Positions 8,027 to 17,914 of a stretch of DNA of 61,742 bases are shown here, in pieces. The position numbers were made by a program, and so were the translations under genes. The stretch is from a virus (Duplodnaviria; Caudoviricetes), in the IMG/VR virus record IMGVR_UViG_3300042503_000814, positions 1-61,742 of that record. One strand, given 5' to 3'. The notes under the pieces were generated by a model. The model was not told where the DNA came from. It saw only the letters and a program-made list of their open reading frames with translations, and searched no databases. How positions within the stretch are numbered: the first letter of the stretch is position 1; the number at the start of each line of letters is the position of its first letter.

Positions 8027-11000
8027 CATCTGCATCGGGTCCATCCCGGCCTGCGCTTTTTTCTTGTCCCGGGCGCGCTTGGCGGCTTCGTTCTGGATGA
8101 TCTTGTAGAGCAGGTACATGTCACGCTGTTCCTTCGGCATGGACCGCAGGACATCGTCTGGGACAGTTATGTTTTCGTAGGTGCGGACGCCGGGGGTGGT
8201 GGACAGGAGTTTGTTCAGCATGTCCCGGGCGGCGAGTTGCTTGGTCCGTTCGCTATCAACGTCCGTGAGCTTCAGCCCTGCCAAGAGGTTGAATGCTGCC
8301 TTGGAGTATCTGTCTGCTGGATCAAGCCGGTCGTCACGCAACTGCCGGTAGGTTCCGATGGCACGGGCACCGAACGGCAGCAGGTTGGTCGCAAGCTGCT
8401 CCAGCGGCCTGCCCATTGGGCCAATGTCTTGCTCTAGGACTGAGTAGAGGTCTGACAACTGTCTGCCGGAATACAACTGCCGGTTGGTGATGTACTCCAG
8501 TGGGGCTTTGATCAGCGGGTTAGCCATGCCCAAGATGTTGGAGCCAGTGCGCTGAACGGCGTCGGCCACCCTTGCGGAGGCCGTGGCCCCAACACCAAGT
8601 GATGGCAAGCCAAACGTCGATTCCCACGGCAAGTCTACGTTGGTCAGATACCGGCGCAGCCCCGGCTTTGGGGAGCCGCCAAGCAGCGAAGTCCACTCCG
8701 CTGGGAGCGGGATGGCTGCGGATTGCCGAAGATGCTCGGGCACCATGTTGCCTTCGGTAGGCTCGGTGCCACGGGTCACCGCCCGTATCGACTGGCCCTG
8801 CAGTCCGCCAGGGTTGTAGACTAGTCGGTCGAAAATGCTTGGCATGATGTTTTTCTGGAAACTCCAGAACGGCATCGCGCGCTTCATAAACGTCCGGTCG
8901 AAGCCAGTGAAAGCCTCCGGCCGATAGTCCACGTTCACCATGCGGTTGAGGTCACCAGCCACGCCAGGATCGACACCCTTGCGTAGCTGATTGATGAACG
9001 TGCCGTTTCGCAGCATGTCCTCAACGGTCGAACCAATTGCGTCATTAGCAACTAGTAGCGGGTTGGTGTTGCGAGAAGGTGCCTCGCGAGTCCAGCCGAC
9101 TCCTCGCATGCTGGTAAAGTCGTCTACAAACTGCCCCCACGTTCGCTCGGGATTGTAGAACGAGCGAGCCACGGAACCCCCGGTAGAAGCTCCTGGGTAG
9201 TTGCCGCGAATCTCCTGCTCAGGACGACCAGACACGTCATCAATGAGGTTGCCAGTGGAGACTTGTTGCGCACCAGACAGCCGGATGTATCGCTCTAGGA
9301 TCTGATCGTCGGTCAGGCCCTCAAAGGCAGGAGTGCCTCGCAGTCGATTCACTAGCGCGTCGTAGTTTCCGCGGCTGGCCTGAAACGCCGCCCAATAGTC
9401 AGAAGGACTGAAAGCCCCGTGTGCCGCAGCATTGATCATGCCGCTGTAGGAGTTACGGACATGGAACGCGGGCGATGCAAGTGCCCCAACCTTAAAGGCA
9501 TTGGTCAGGTTATCGATGCCCTTCAGCAATCCCTGCTCGGGGAGCGCGGCCCGCGTTTGCGGGGCGAGCGTGGCGAGGGCATTGATGTATCGCTCATTGA
9601 TAGAAAAGTTGGTGGGGTCTTGGCCTGTGCGCGCCTGCCACATCTGACGGAAGTTCCGCTCGTCATAGCCAAGGCGCTGAGCGGCCTCGGGCAACGCAAT
9701 GTTTACACCACCAGCGGAAGCTCCTGCCGGGACATTCTCCACCAGCTGCATCATGCGATTGGTGAGAACGTCCGAGTTAGCCTGGGTGCGCGCCTGCCCC
9801 CGGCGATACTGCCGCACGTTCTCCCAAGCGGGCGTGTCGTAGATGCCAGTGCCAGTCTCAGCGAACTGCGTGTCCGCAGATCGAATGATGTCTGCAAGGT
9901 CGCGGTAGTTACGCCCAACGCGAGCGGTCAAGGCAGTATCCATTGCGGCCCGCTCAGCAGGAGTGGCAGCAATGTACTCAGGGGATTGACGAACGGAATC
10001 TTCAATGCCTTGGTACACCGACTGCCCAGGCTGTTTCCGGCCGATGGCATCAAATGCTGAGTCCAAGATCATGCGAGCCTGCCGCTCGTTGGCACCAATG
10101 AGAGACTGTTGCAATCCGCGGGAATCAATCACGCCCCGCCTGCCGTTAGCGATGGCATCGGCAAAGTCCTGCGGAGTCGTTCCGGTAAGCGCGTTGAACG
10201 TGTCCTGCCCGCCAACAACGTCTGTGTATTCGGGGCGGCTGCGGCCAAAGTTGTCGGCCGTGTTGATGAAACGCGCATCTCGCCCCCACGGCCGCTGGGT
10301 GGCAACGCCTCCACCCGGGATGTCGGGCGGAGCAGGACGCTCAAACCATTTTGTCTGGCGCGGTATCCAACCCGTGTCTGAGTTGGCGCTCGCCCACTGC
10401 GGCGCAGGCAGTCCCCGCGATGCAGACTCTGCTTGCGCCTGCGGACCAAGGTTAGTCATGGAGTCACGGATGATCCGAAACTCTGGGGTGTTCTCCATGA
10501 CCCAGTCGGCTACCGCATCGCCGCTAGTGCGGGGGAGGCTCGGGCCAAAAACGGTGGGCTGAGACTCTACCCAGTTGTTTAGCGCACGCTGGAGATCGGA
10601 GCTTTGGAACTGTCGAAGCGTTCTCGGGATAGCCTCGCCCGCCAGAGGCCCAGAAGAGACAACCTCGGGAACCTGGGCGCGCTGGGCGTTAAACACCGCC
10701 ACGGCATCCTCGCCATCGACCCGTTCTACAGCATCACGCGCAGCCCGATGGGCCATGCGGTGATCCATCTGGAGCGCATTGGTCAACTCCAGGTCGTTGC
10801 TGACCACTCCAAGAGGCCCAGCCGCGGGGCTAGTAAGCGAAGCGGCTGTGCGAGTGATGTTGCCAATGACTGGAGCAGTCTTTGTCCAGTTCCCCAGCGC
10901 ATCGGCGTTTCTGGCAACCGCATCGCCAAACGCGCCGCCGTCAACGCTGAAGCCGATGTTTGTGCCCGGGACGCGGAAGTCGTCCAAGACACCAACGGCT

Positions 11001-11671
11001 TCGGTCATCCCGTTGGGGCCGACTCCAAACCGTTGAAATTGCTGATTCAGCCTTGTCTCTGCGGCCTGTCTGGCAGCGGGGTCAGCGATCTGGGCGAGGA
11101 GAGTGTTGGGCGTGGACAGCCTGTTGTATTCTCGCACCCTCGGCAGATCGTCGGCGTACGCTGGCAACCCGCGAGCAAGACGCAAAGCGCCAAGGTTGTC
11201 CACGGAATCCAAGGCCGCATCCCGCATCAAGCCTGCCGCTTGGGCAGCGCGACCGGCCGGACCTAGCGCACCTTTTCCTAGCACAGCACTCAGGCCCAGC
11301 GTGCCGTAGGTCAGTGGGTCTAGGAGAATCTCAGCCGCCAAGCCACCACCGAAGTTGCCCCAAGTATCTTGGGTGCCAGCCATGCCGTACTGGCGCAGAA
11401 GTTCCCGGCCCGTTACGCGGTCGTCGGATGATCCAAGAAAACTAAGGGGCTTGCCTGCCAGAACGCCTCGCACAAGCGCGCCAGGGGTGTCCAGCAGCCA
11501 ACCGGCCGTAGACAGAGTGGACGTTCCAGCCTCCGCAAGAGAGCGGAGCATGCTGCTCTTCTCTTCCTGCGGCATAAGGTCCGCAAGAGTCGGATCATCG
11601 TTGGGGATCCCCTCCTGCCCATTCAGCAGGCCATAGGGATCGTATAGATCAAAGAGCGGGGAGCGAGCCAT
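8003..11671 (-). CDS. Large internal virion/ejection protein
   Basis: 1222 aa, last of late operon; FHVRN, MPFWSF, NPLIKAPLE...G motifs typical of podovirus ejection proteins. Confidence 0.7.
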   Translation of the reverse strand: MARSPLFDLYDPYGLLNGQEGIPNDDPTLADLMPQEEKSSMLRSLAEAGTSTLSTAGWLLDTPGALVRGVLAGKPLSFLGSSDDRVTGRELLRQYGMAGTQDTWGNFGGGLAAEILLDPLTYGTLGLSAVLGKGALGPAGRAAQAAGLMRDAALDSVDNLGALRLARGLPAYADDLPRVREYNRLSTPNTLLAQIADPAARQAAETRLNQQFQRFGVGPNGMTEAVGVLDDFRVPGTNIGFSVDGGAFGDAVARNADALGNWTKTAPVIGNITRTAASLTSPAAGPLGVVSNDLELTNALQMDHRMAHRAARDAVERVDGEDAVAVFNAQRAQVPEVVSSGPLAGEAIPRTLRQFQSSDLQRALNNWVESQPTVFGPSLPRTSGDAVADWVMENTPEFRIIRDSMTNLGPQAQAESASRGLPAPQWASANSDTGWIPRQTKWFERPAPPDIPGGGVATQRPWGRDARFINTADNFGRSRPEYTDVVGGQDTFNALTGTTPQDFADAIANGRRGVIDSRGLQQSLIGANERQARMILDSAFDAIGRKQPGQSVYQGIEDSVRQSPEYIAATPAERAAMDTALTARVGRNYRDLADIIRSADTQFAETGTGIYDTPAWENVRQYRRGQARTQANSDVLTNRMMQLVENVPAGASAGGVNIALPEAAQRLGYDERNFRQMWQARTGQDPTNFSINERYINALATLAPQTRAALPEQGLLKGIDNLTNAFKVGALASPAFHVRNSYSGMINAAAHGAFSPSDYWAAFQASRGNYDALVNRLRGTPAFEGLTDDQILERYIRLSGAQQVSTGNLIDDVSGRPEQEIRGNYPGASTGGSVARSFYNPERTWGQFVDDFTSMRGVGWTREAPSRNTNPLLVANDAIGSTVEDMLRNGTFINQLRKGVDPGVAGDLNRMVNVDYRPEAFTGFDRTFMKRAMPFWSFQKNIMPSIFDRLVYNPGGLQGQSIRAVTRGTEPTEGNMVPEHLRQSAAIPLPAEWTSLLGGSPKPGLRRYLTNVDLPWESTFGLPSLGVGATASARVADAVQRTGSNILGMANPLIKAPLEYITNRQLYSGRQLSDLYSVLEQDIGPMGRPLEQLATNLLPFGARAIGTYRQLRDDRLDPADRYSKAAFNLLAGLKLTDVDSERTKQLAARDMLNKLLSTTPGVRTYENITVPDDVLRSMPKEQRDMYLLYKIIQNEAAKRARDKKKAQAGMDPMQMLGLPSQF

Positions 11672-12975
11672 TACTCAGCCGTGGGGACTGGGGCGTATTC
11701 TGGATGCGGATACCACATGCGTGAGTGTGCAGAACCTCTGGCGCGCTGGCCAGGAGATTCGACGCCCATGCCATGGCGCGTAACAAGCTCCTTGCGCACC
11801 GCGGGGTCGGTGATTCCAAGACGGATCAAAACAGCGTCCATGCGCTTGGCATCGTCCGTAGTGAAGCCAAGCCAAGACTTGTCAGAGCGTGCCGCAATAG
11901 CGTCAAGAGACTCTTGGGCATTCGGCGTGCCATACTGGCCTTGCACCAGATCGACGCCGCCAGGACCAGCAAGAGCAATCGCTTCTGCCTCGCGCTGCTT
12001 TTGCTGCATTATCTTCATGCCAGTTTCGCGCGCCGTCGTCTCGGCACCGAGCTTCGCCTGAGTGGCTGCAGCAGCGACCTCTGCTTCCTTGAGTCGCTGA
12101 TCCGCAACGTACTTGTCAGTCTCTGAGCGAGACTGCGTAGCCGCCGTGGCGGTTGCCAACTGCACCTCCAGGCCCTTAATCTTTAGTGCCGTGTCTCGGG
12201 CTGCGTCTGTTTGGCCGTTCTCCAGCTGCTTTACTAGCAATGCCTGCTGCTGATCCATCTTCTTTATCATGATCTCATTCTGCTGCTGTGACTGCTGCTG
12301 CTGAGCGGTGAACCTGCGTTCTTCAGAAGCCCGTGCAGTCTCACGCTCTTCTCGGGCTGCAACCCTGTTGGCTTCAGCAATCTCAGCAGCAGAAGCCCGT
12401 GCGTCCTGCCCTTCGGCACGGCGAGTCTCCGCTTCCAACTGAGCGATGGCCATGCGAGGATCGTTGTTGTTGTTGTAGCGATTGCCTGTCAGCCGTGATT
12501 CGATGACGCGCTGCTGTTGCTCTGGGCTAAGCATGCCAAAAGCGTTGGACATGTTGGCCCGGGAGTTGGAGCTAGCCAACAGCATCTGCGACTTCCACTG
12601 CGCCATCCGCGCGTTCTCATCATCCATGCGCTTCTGGGCCATGGCGGCGCGGGCCTGCATCGGCATCACGTTGTCGTCGGATCGGGCTTCCCCCACACCG
12701 CTCCACTCTGGCTGCTGCATCAGTTCCTCAACCGGAGTGCCAGTAGCCTTGGCCGCACGGTACAGCATCCGCTCCCGCCGGTAGTCGTCGGTCTTAATCC
12801 GATTGGCCTGCCTCTGGAACATTGCCTCTTTGTCTTCGTCCGACATTACCGGATCTTCCGCAATCGGAGTGTCGGCCCCCTCCAAGCCATCAGACAGCGA
12901 CTCTGGCCCAACGGGAATGCCGGAACGTCGAAGAGCTTCTAGGCGTGAAAGCCTTGCACTGGGATCGATTTCCAT
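11671..12975 (-). CDS. Coiled-coil internal virion/ejection protein
   Basis: A/Q/E-rich helical sequence; position. Confidence 0.65.
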   Translation of the reverse strand: MEIDPSARLSRLEALRRSGIPVGPESLSDGLEGADTPIAEDPVMSDEDKEAMFQRQANRIKTDDYRRERMLYRAAKATGTPVEELMQQPEWSGVGEARSDDNVMPMQARAAMAQKRMDDENARMAQWKSQMLLASSNSRANMSNAFGMLSPEQQQRVIESRLTGNRYNNNNDPRMAIAQLEAETRRAEGQDARASAAEIAEANRVAAREERETARASEERRFTAQQQQSQQQNEIMIKKMDQQQALLVKQLENGQTDAARDTALKIKGLEVQLATATAATQSRSETDKYVADQRLKEAEVAAAATQAKLGAETTARETGMKIMQQKQREAEAIALAGPGGVDLVQGQYGTPNAQESLDAIAARSDKSWLGFTTDDAKRMDAVLIRLGITDPAVRKELVTRHGMGVESPGQRARGSAHSRMWYPHPEYAPVPTAE

Positions 12976-12983
12976 CTTCTCTC

Positions 12984-14543
12984 CTACCGGGTCTGGGCGT
13001 AGTTGCGCTGCTGATCACCCATGGCTTGGAGCCTGCGGACTTCCGCCATCATCTGCTGGGCCTGCGGGACTTCACCGCCAGCCTGCTGACGCATCTGGTT
13101 CAACTGGGCGATGAGAGCCTGAGCCTTGATGTGAGGATCACTGGACCCCTGCGCCTGTTGCGGAGTCATGGCGTTACGGCTCTGATTGCTCATCGCCATC
13201 AGACGATTGATCTCCTTCATCATCTGAGGAGCCTCGGGCACTTCGCCACCCGCATCACGCCGCATCTTGTTCAGCTTTGCAATCAGAGCCTGGGCTTGGT
13301 CGCGCGGGCTGACCGGGGGTGCTTCTACCTTCGGAGCAGGGCGGCTCTCTTCAACGAGATCCGCGGTGCCATCGGTGCTGTCTAGCTCGCCAACGGCCTC
13401 CGACTCCGTGGATCGCATTCCCTTGGGCATCATGTTGTAAGCAGTAGCCCCGGCACCGATTAGGCCAGCACCCGCAGCGGCCTTGGCCCACGCGGGCATA
13501 CCGCCGGGAGCAGGAGCGGCAGAGGCGGCTCGCGAGCCGCTATAGCCGTATGGAGCAAGTTGAAGATCCTCAGTGGGGGCGCGCCCACCCATCATGTTGT
13601 CGAACTGGCTAGCAATCCCATCGACTGCCTGCTGATCACGCATCGCCGTAGAGGCAGGGGCAGGGAGAGCTTTCTGAGCCGGGGCCGGGAGAGCCTTGCG
13701 CCCGCCTCGGGCAAGCTCCAAGCCGCGGGGCGACATGGTCAGCTGGCCATTGCGATCAAAAGTAAACGGACGCTCTTGGTCCCACTGGCGTACCATGTCA
13801 TTCCAAGACTGCTGGTCAGCTGCGCTCAGCGGCTCGTCCAAGCTGCTCTCTGACATGCCGAACATATTCACATCGTCGCCGGGGTTTCGATCAACAGGAA
13901 CGCCAGCCGTGGTTCCGATGCGAGGCTGTGCCGGGGCCGGGAGTCCGCGCATGGGTGCGGGAATCATAGCGCCGCCTTGGGCTGGCATTGCAACTCCGGG
14001 GCCGCGCAGGCGACTGTTCATCAGCGACTGCCGTGCGGCCACTAGGTCGGGCGACATTTCCCAGCGGCTCGCCGCATTCGGAGAGGCCAAGCCTGCAGAA
14101 GCGGCCTGTGAAGGATAGTCAAAGCCCAGCCAGTCGTTTGACTGCAACGCCTGCAGGTACTGCCTTTGCTCGGGCGAGAACTCCGACATGGCGTCCAGCA
14201 CCTCCGACTCGTCGGCGTCGTACGCAACAGGCCAAGAGTCCCGCAGTTCATTGTGCGCGGCAACGCGGTCGCCGGACATGCCAGTGCCGCGCGGCTGACC
14301 AACTGGAACCCCAGGTCCGCGTCCCCCATATGGGATTAACGCCCGGATCTCGTCTTCCGGTGCTTGGAGGGGCAGCTGCATCTGACGGACCGGGGCAGGG
14401 GATGCCATGCCAGCGACAGCGCGATGAATCTCGTCGGCCGACATTCCCGGCTTAATTAGGCCAGCATCAGCGGCGCGCTTGAGCCAGACCGAGTTAACGC
14501 CGCTTGCGCCGGTGGCAATGAGGTTGTCTAGCCAATTAGCCAT
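12984..14543 (-). CDS. Putative internal virion protein with duplicated C-terminal helical unit
   Basis: Start MANWLDNL; AQALIA.LN.MR..AGGEVP twice; PEDEIRALI. Confidence 0.7.
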   Translation of the reverse strand: MANWLDNLIATGASGVNSVWLKRAADAGLIKPGMSADEIHRAVAGMASPAPVRQMQLPLQAPEDEIRALIPYGGRGPGVPVGQPRGTGMSGDRVAAHNELRDSWPVAYDADESEVLDAMSEFSPEQRQYLQALQSNDWLGFDYPSQAASAGLASPNAASRWEMSPDLVAARQSLMNSRLRGPGVAMPAQGGAMIPAPMRGLPAPAQPRIGTTAGVPVDRNPGDDVNMFGMSESSLDEPLSAADQQSWNDMVRQWDQERPFTFDRNGQLTMSPRGLELARGGRKALPAPAQKALPAPASTAMRDQQAVDGIASQFDNMMGGRAPTEDLQLAPYGYSGSRAASAAPAPGGMPAWAKAAAGAGLIGAGATAYNMMPKGMRSTESEAVGELDSTDGTADLVEESRPAPKVEAPPVSPRDQAQALIAKLNKMRRDAGGEVPEAPQMMKEINRLMAMSNQSRNAMTPQQAQGSSDPHIKAQALIAQLNQMRQQAGGEVPQAQQMMAEVRRLQAMGDQQRNYAQTR

Positions 14544-14814
14544 TGTGCTTCTTCCCCTTCTTCGGAATGTCAGGCATCTCTTCCCCGTCCTTCGGCCCGT
14601 CGTCGTCTTCGACCATCGGGGTGTTGGGCTTGCCGTGCATCTCTTCGTCCAGATCGGCAAGGTCGTTCTTCGGCTGCTTGTCGGACTTCTCGCCCTTGCC
14701 CAGCTTGGCGATGATCTTCTTTTCCTCTTCGTCGCTGGCGGATAGCAGCTGCTTGACCAGTCGCTTCAGTCCGGCCTGCGTCAGATCGTCTAGGTCAAAG
14801 TCAATGCGTGCCAT
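14536..14814 (-). CDS. Small charged late protein
   Basis: TAATG coupling. Confidence 0.7.
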   Translation of the reverse strand: MARIDFDLDDLTQAGLKRLVKQLLSASDEEEKKIIAKLGKGEKSDKQPKNDLADLDEEMHGKPNTPMVEDDDGPKDGEEMPDIPKKGKKHNG

Positions 14815-15191
14815 TACTGAAGCAAGCCTCCAAGGATCGAAGTCGCAAAGTTCATCGCAGAGTTCTGCCGCTGCTGTGCGGCCATCTGGTTGTTGTATTG
14901 CTGCTGCATCAGCAGAGACTGAATCGACTGGTGCTGCGAAGCGTCGGACTGCTGGTTCTGCATGGAGTAGGCGTTGTTGTAGTCCTGTGCCTTCTGCTTG
15001 GTGCCGTACGCCTCCGCGATGCCTTGGGCCATCTTCTGCGCACCCATCATGCCAGCGTTGCTCATCTGCCCTGCGCCGCGAGACATGCCGCCACGGTCCA
15101 TCTGCTTCATCGTCAGGCGCGGATCGCCCAGCGAGATCGCACTGGCGTAGTCGTTGTTGAAGTTGGCGTTAACCCGCTGCTGTGGGATCAA
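14814..15191 (-). CDS. Q/M-rich putative ejection protein
   Basis: Composition and coupling. Confidence 0.65.
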   Translation of the reverse strand: MIPQQRVNANFNNDYASAISLGDPRLTMKQMDRGGMSRGAGQMSNAGMMGAQKMAQGIAEAYGTKQKAQDYNNAYSMQNQQSDASQHQSIQSLLMQQQYNNQMAAQQRQNSAMNFATSILGGLLQ

Positions 15192-15454
15192 TTAAATAGC
15201 CCTCGCAAGATGTTGCCAGCAGGCCCAAAGACGCCATCCATTCGCGACTGCATCAAGTTGTTTCGCTGCCCCTGCTCCGAGATGTCGTTCTGCAAACCTT
15301 GCAGCGCGTACCTCTGGGCAAACTCCTTACTCTGCTTGCCAAGCTCCGACTGGCGGCGGGCGGCGTCCATGTCGTTGCTGGCCTGCGCCCCTTGGAGGAG
15401 CGAGGCGAAAACGTCTTGGTGGCCTTGCGGATAGGTGGAGTAGGGTGATGGCAC
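15188..15454 (-). CDS. Q-rich putative ejection protein
   Basis: Composition and coupling. Confidence 0.6.
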   Translation of the reverse strand: MPSPYSTYPQGHQDVFASLLQGAQASNDMDAARRQSELGKQSKEFAQRYALQGLQNDISEQGQRNNLMQSRMDGVFGPAGNILRGLFN

Positions 15455-15469
15455 TGTTAGTAGTCGCCT

Positions 15470-16669
15470 CTACATGAAATTTCTGAACGTGGACTGACGA
15501 CGCTGAACCCCGGCGTAAGGAGAGTTGGCGACCTCGGCAAGCGCCCGCTCTCTCTCGCGCTTGCTACGCTCCCTAGCCGCGTCCTCCATTGACCACTGCT
15601 CCTGCTGGACTTGGGGCTTGCTGCGGAACATGCCCATGTTGCCAATGGAGCGGTTGAACAGATCGTTCACCCCGGCCACGGACGAGTTGTACATGCCCTT
15701 GTTGTCCGACCAGCCAGAGTTCATATCCGTCTGGACGGTCCCGATCCGATTGGCCGAATCGGAATAACCACCAGCCAGGGCTTCCAAGAGCGAGCCGGTC
15801 GGGATCGCTTGGCCGGGGCGGTTGTTGTTTTCCTGCGACTCACGCGCGAAGTCATAGAACTGATTCATGCCGCCGGATGACGCGCCGAGATTCATCCGGT
15901 TAAAGTCCATCAGTGCGCCATAGGCATCGCTCACCATCGTACGGGGCATGTTGCGGGCGAGGGCTTGATCTGCATTGAGGGAGCCAACGTCAGCGTCATG
16001 CGTGCGCGCCAAGGCGTTTAGCTCAGCGCCGTTGTTGATGTCACCGCGCAAGCCTTCCAGCATGCTGTAGCCTTCGCCACCGCTAGCAGGAGAGCTACCA
16101 GTGGCATTGCCTGCCAGACCGGGAAGGGAAGCGGAGACATCGCGGCCGACCTGCATCGCCGCGCCAGACTTGCCCAGGCCAGCCAAGGCGTTGTACCGAC
16201 CAATGCCAAGCTGGCTGACAGCGTTCTGGTTGCCGACATTCATGTCAGCCAGAGACTTCTGGTAGCCGTTCTGGTTCTGCGCCCACGCTTGCAGACCTTG
16301 GCCAGCCACGTTGCCGTAGTTCGCCATAGCTGCGGTGCCGAGATTCGACACTGCCGCCTGACGCGCAGCCTCGGCAGCGGAAGCAGCTTGGTTGTTGGCC
16401 TGGGCGTTGTTCCACGTATTGCCAAGAGCGTTGGCCACGCCGCCGATACCACCAGCCATGGCGGCATAGTTCTGGGCGTAGCTGTTTCCAAGGCTTGCAA
16501 GCCCTTGGTTGTACGTGCCATACCCCTTGTTGTAGGAGTCGTACATCCCGCCCAGCGTCTGGCCAAACTGGGTTGGTGCCCCAGCAACCTGACCACCAAC
16601 AGCCGTGGCGTATTCCTTGGCGGTGTTCGCCCCCCACGGGGCCAGAAAGGTTCCATCAAATGCAGCCAT
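15470..16669 (-). CDS. G/A/N-rich putative DNA-pilot/ejection protein
   Basis: AGGAG SD; low-complexity helical sequence. Confidence 0.7.
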   Translation of the reverse strand: MAAFDGTFLAPWGANTAKEYATAVGGQVAGAPTQFGQTLGGMYDSYNKGYGTYNQGLASLGNSYAQNYAAMAGGIGGVANALGNTWNNAQANNQAASAAEAARQAAVSNLGTAAMANYGNVAGQGLQAWAQNQNGYQKSLADMNVGNQNAVSQLGIGRYNALAGLGKSGAAMQVGRDVSASLPGLAGNATGSSPASGGEGYSMLEGLRGDINNGAELNALARTHDADVGSLNADQALARNMPRTMVSDAYGALMDFNRMNLGASSGGMNQFYDFARESQENNNRPGQAIPTGSLLEALAGGYSDSANRIGTVQTDMNSGWSDNKGMYNSSVAGVNDLFNRSIGNMGMFRSKPQVQQEQWSMEDAARERSKRERERALAEVANSPYAGVQRRQSTFRNFM

Positions 16670-16677
16670 GCGTGTCT

Positions 16678-16694
16678 CCTATTTGCTATTGCCC
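16678..16694 (-). promoter_or_regulatory. Late-promoter-like motif GGGCAATAGCAAATAGG
   Basis: Member of GGRCAMT-N6/7-TAGR family. Confidence 0.55.
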
Positions 16695-17914
16695 CGAATG
16701 GCTCGTTTCAGTGCCGACAGGGAAATAGCGGCCAAAACCAAGGCGTACCCAGCGGGTTGGAAAAACCACAAATCCCGCTTTTCGGCCTCTTCCTTGAGCC
16801 AGCCGATGATCTCAGGCAGGCGCGTCAGGCACTCCCATTCCCCCCAAGCGTCCATCTGTGCAGCCCGCGCGTTACAGCTGCAGGTGGGGGATGCCACAAT
16901 TCCCGCGAGGCTCAGGAGCCTTTTGACTTCCGCCCCAGGCCCGGGTGGCGGTGGCGGTTCCTCCCCGGCTGCGTAAACGATTGGATCACCAATGGCTGCG
17001 GGCGTGTAGCCGGGGCAGGGGTCCGGTGTGATGGTCCCGGTGAAAGTTCCGCGGTTGTCTCCAGTATTTGAATCGTTCTGGCGCAGGTACAACAGGCCCG
17101 CCCCAGGCGACCCGGAGTAACTTGAGCCAACCAAGAAGGGGGTGCCTGTTAGGCCAATCCTGCCAATGAGAGCCATGTGGCAAATAGCAAACACCACGCT
17201 GTTCGCATTGGAGCAGTCAGCAGCAGGCACGCCATTGGGCGTGGCAGTCGAACCGGCTCCCGCCCACTCCACTGTCCCTGCGGCGCAGCGGTCGCAACTC
17301 GCCGTGGCCGAGATCGCCACGGCTGAACCCGCCGTAAGCGTCACTCCAGTGTTCAGCCACTCGTTTGTGTTGACATTGACGGTGAAGCTGGTGGTCGATG
17401 CAGGAAGACATCCAGATGACCCGCAGCACTTCTGTCCAGATGTGCAGCAGTTGTAGGCCGAACCAGTTCCAGCGCAGAACGTGCCGGTCGTACACTTGTT
17501 CACACAGTTCCCGCTGGCATTATCGCATCTCTGCGACAGCGGACAGCACGTTCCGGCACAGCAGGAACGAGGAGCAGGGCAGGTGAGAACGCAGAAACCC
17601 GTGGCGGTGTCGCATGCGTTGCAGTAGTAGCTTGGGCACCCGCCGTTAAAGACACCGCCCGAAGTCAGCGTGACACAATTGCATGTAGTGTAGGGGGCGT
17701 GCAGAATCTTACCTGCATTGCTGCACTGGCACGCATCCGCAAGAGTGCATTGCGGGGAGACTGAAGGCTGGTTTACGGGGGCGGTGCATGCGTACTGCGT
17801 GCAATTCCCGCCCGCTGTAAACGTGCCGGAAGTGGCAGCGCACTGAGAGGCTCCCGTAGCAGTGCAAGTGGCCCCGTTGCAGCACCGGCCTGTCTCGCAA
17901 CATGAACACGCCAT
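16679..17914 (-). CDS. Cys-rich virion protein with PA-IL/LecA-like lectin domain
   Basis: Many CC/CxC; W.NTGV.L..G, ALIGRIG..PF.VG, G.LYL..ND...DN.G; C-terminal GPG.E.K.LL...CSC domain. Confidence 0.7.
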   Translation of the reverse strand: MACSCCETGRCCNGATCTATGASQCAATSGTFTAGGNCTQYACTAPVNQPSVSPQCTLADACQCSNAGKILHAPYTTCNCVTLTSGGVFNGGCPSYYCNACDTATGFCVLTCPAPRSCCAGTCCPLSQRCDNASGNCVNKCTTGTFCAGTGSAYNCCTSGQKCCGSSGCLPASTTSFTVNVNTNEWLNTGVTLTAGSAVAISATASCDRCAAGTVEWAGAGSTATPNGVPAADCSNANSVVFAICHMALIGRIGLTGTPFLVGSSYSGSPGAGLLYLRQNDSNTGDNRGTFTGTITPDPCPGYTPAAIGDPIVYAAGEEPPPPPGPGAEVKRLLSLAGIVASPTCSCNARAAQMDAWGEWECLTRLPEIIGWLKEEAEKRDLWFFQPAGYALVLAAISLSALKRAIRGNSK

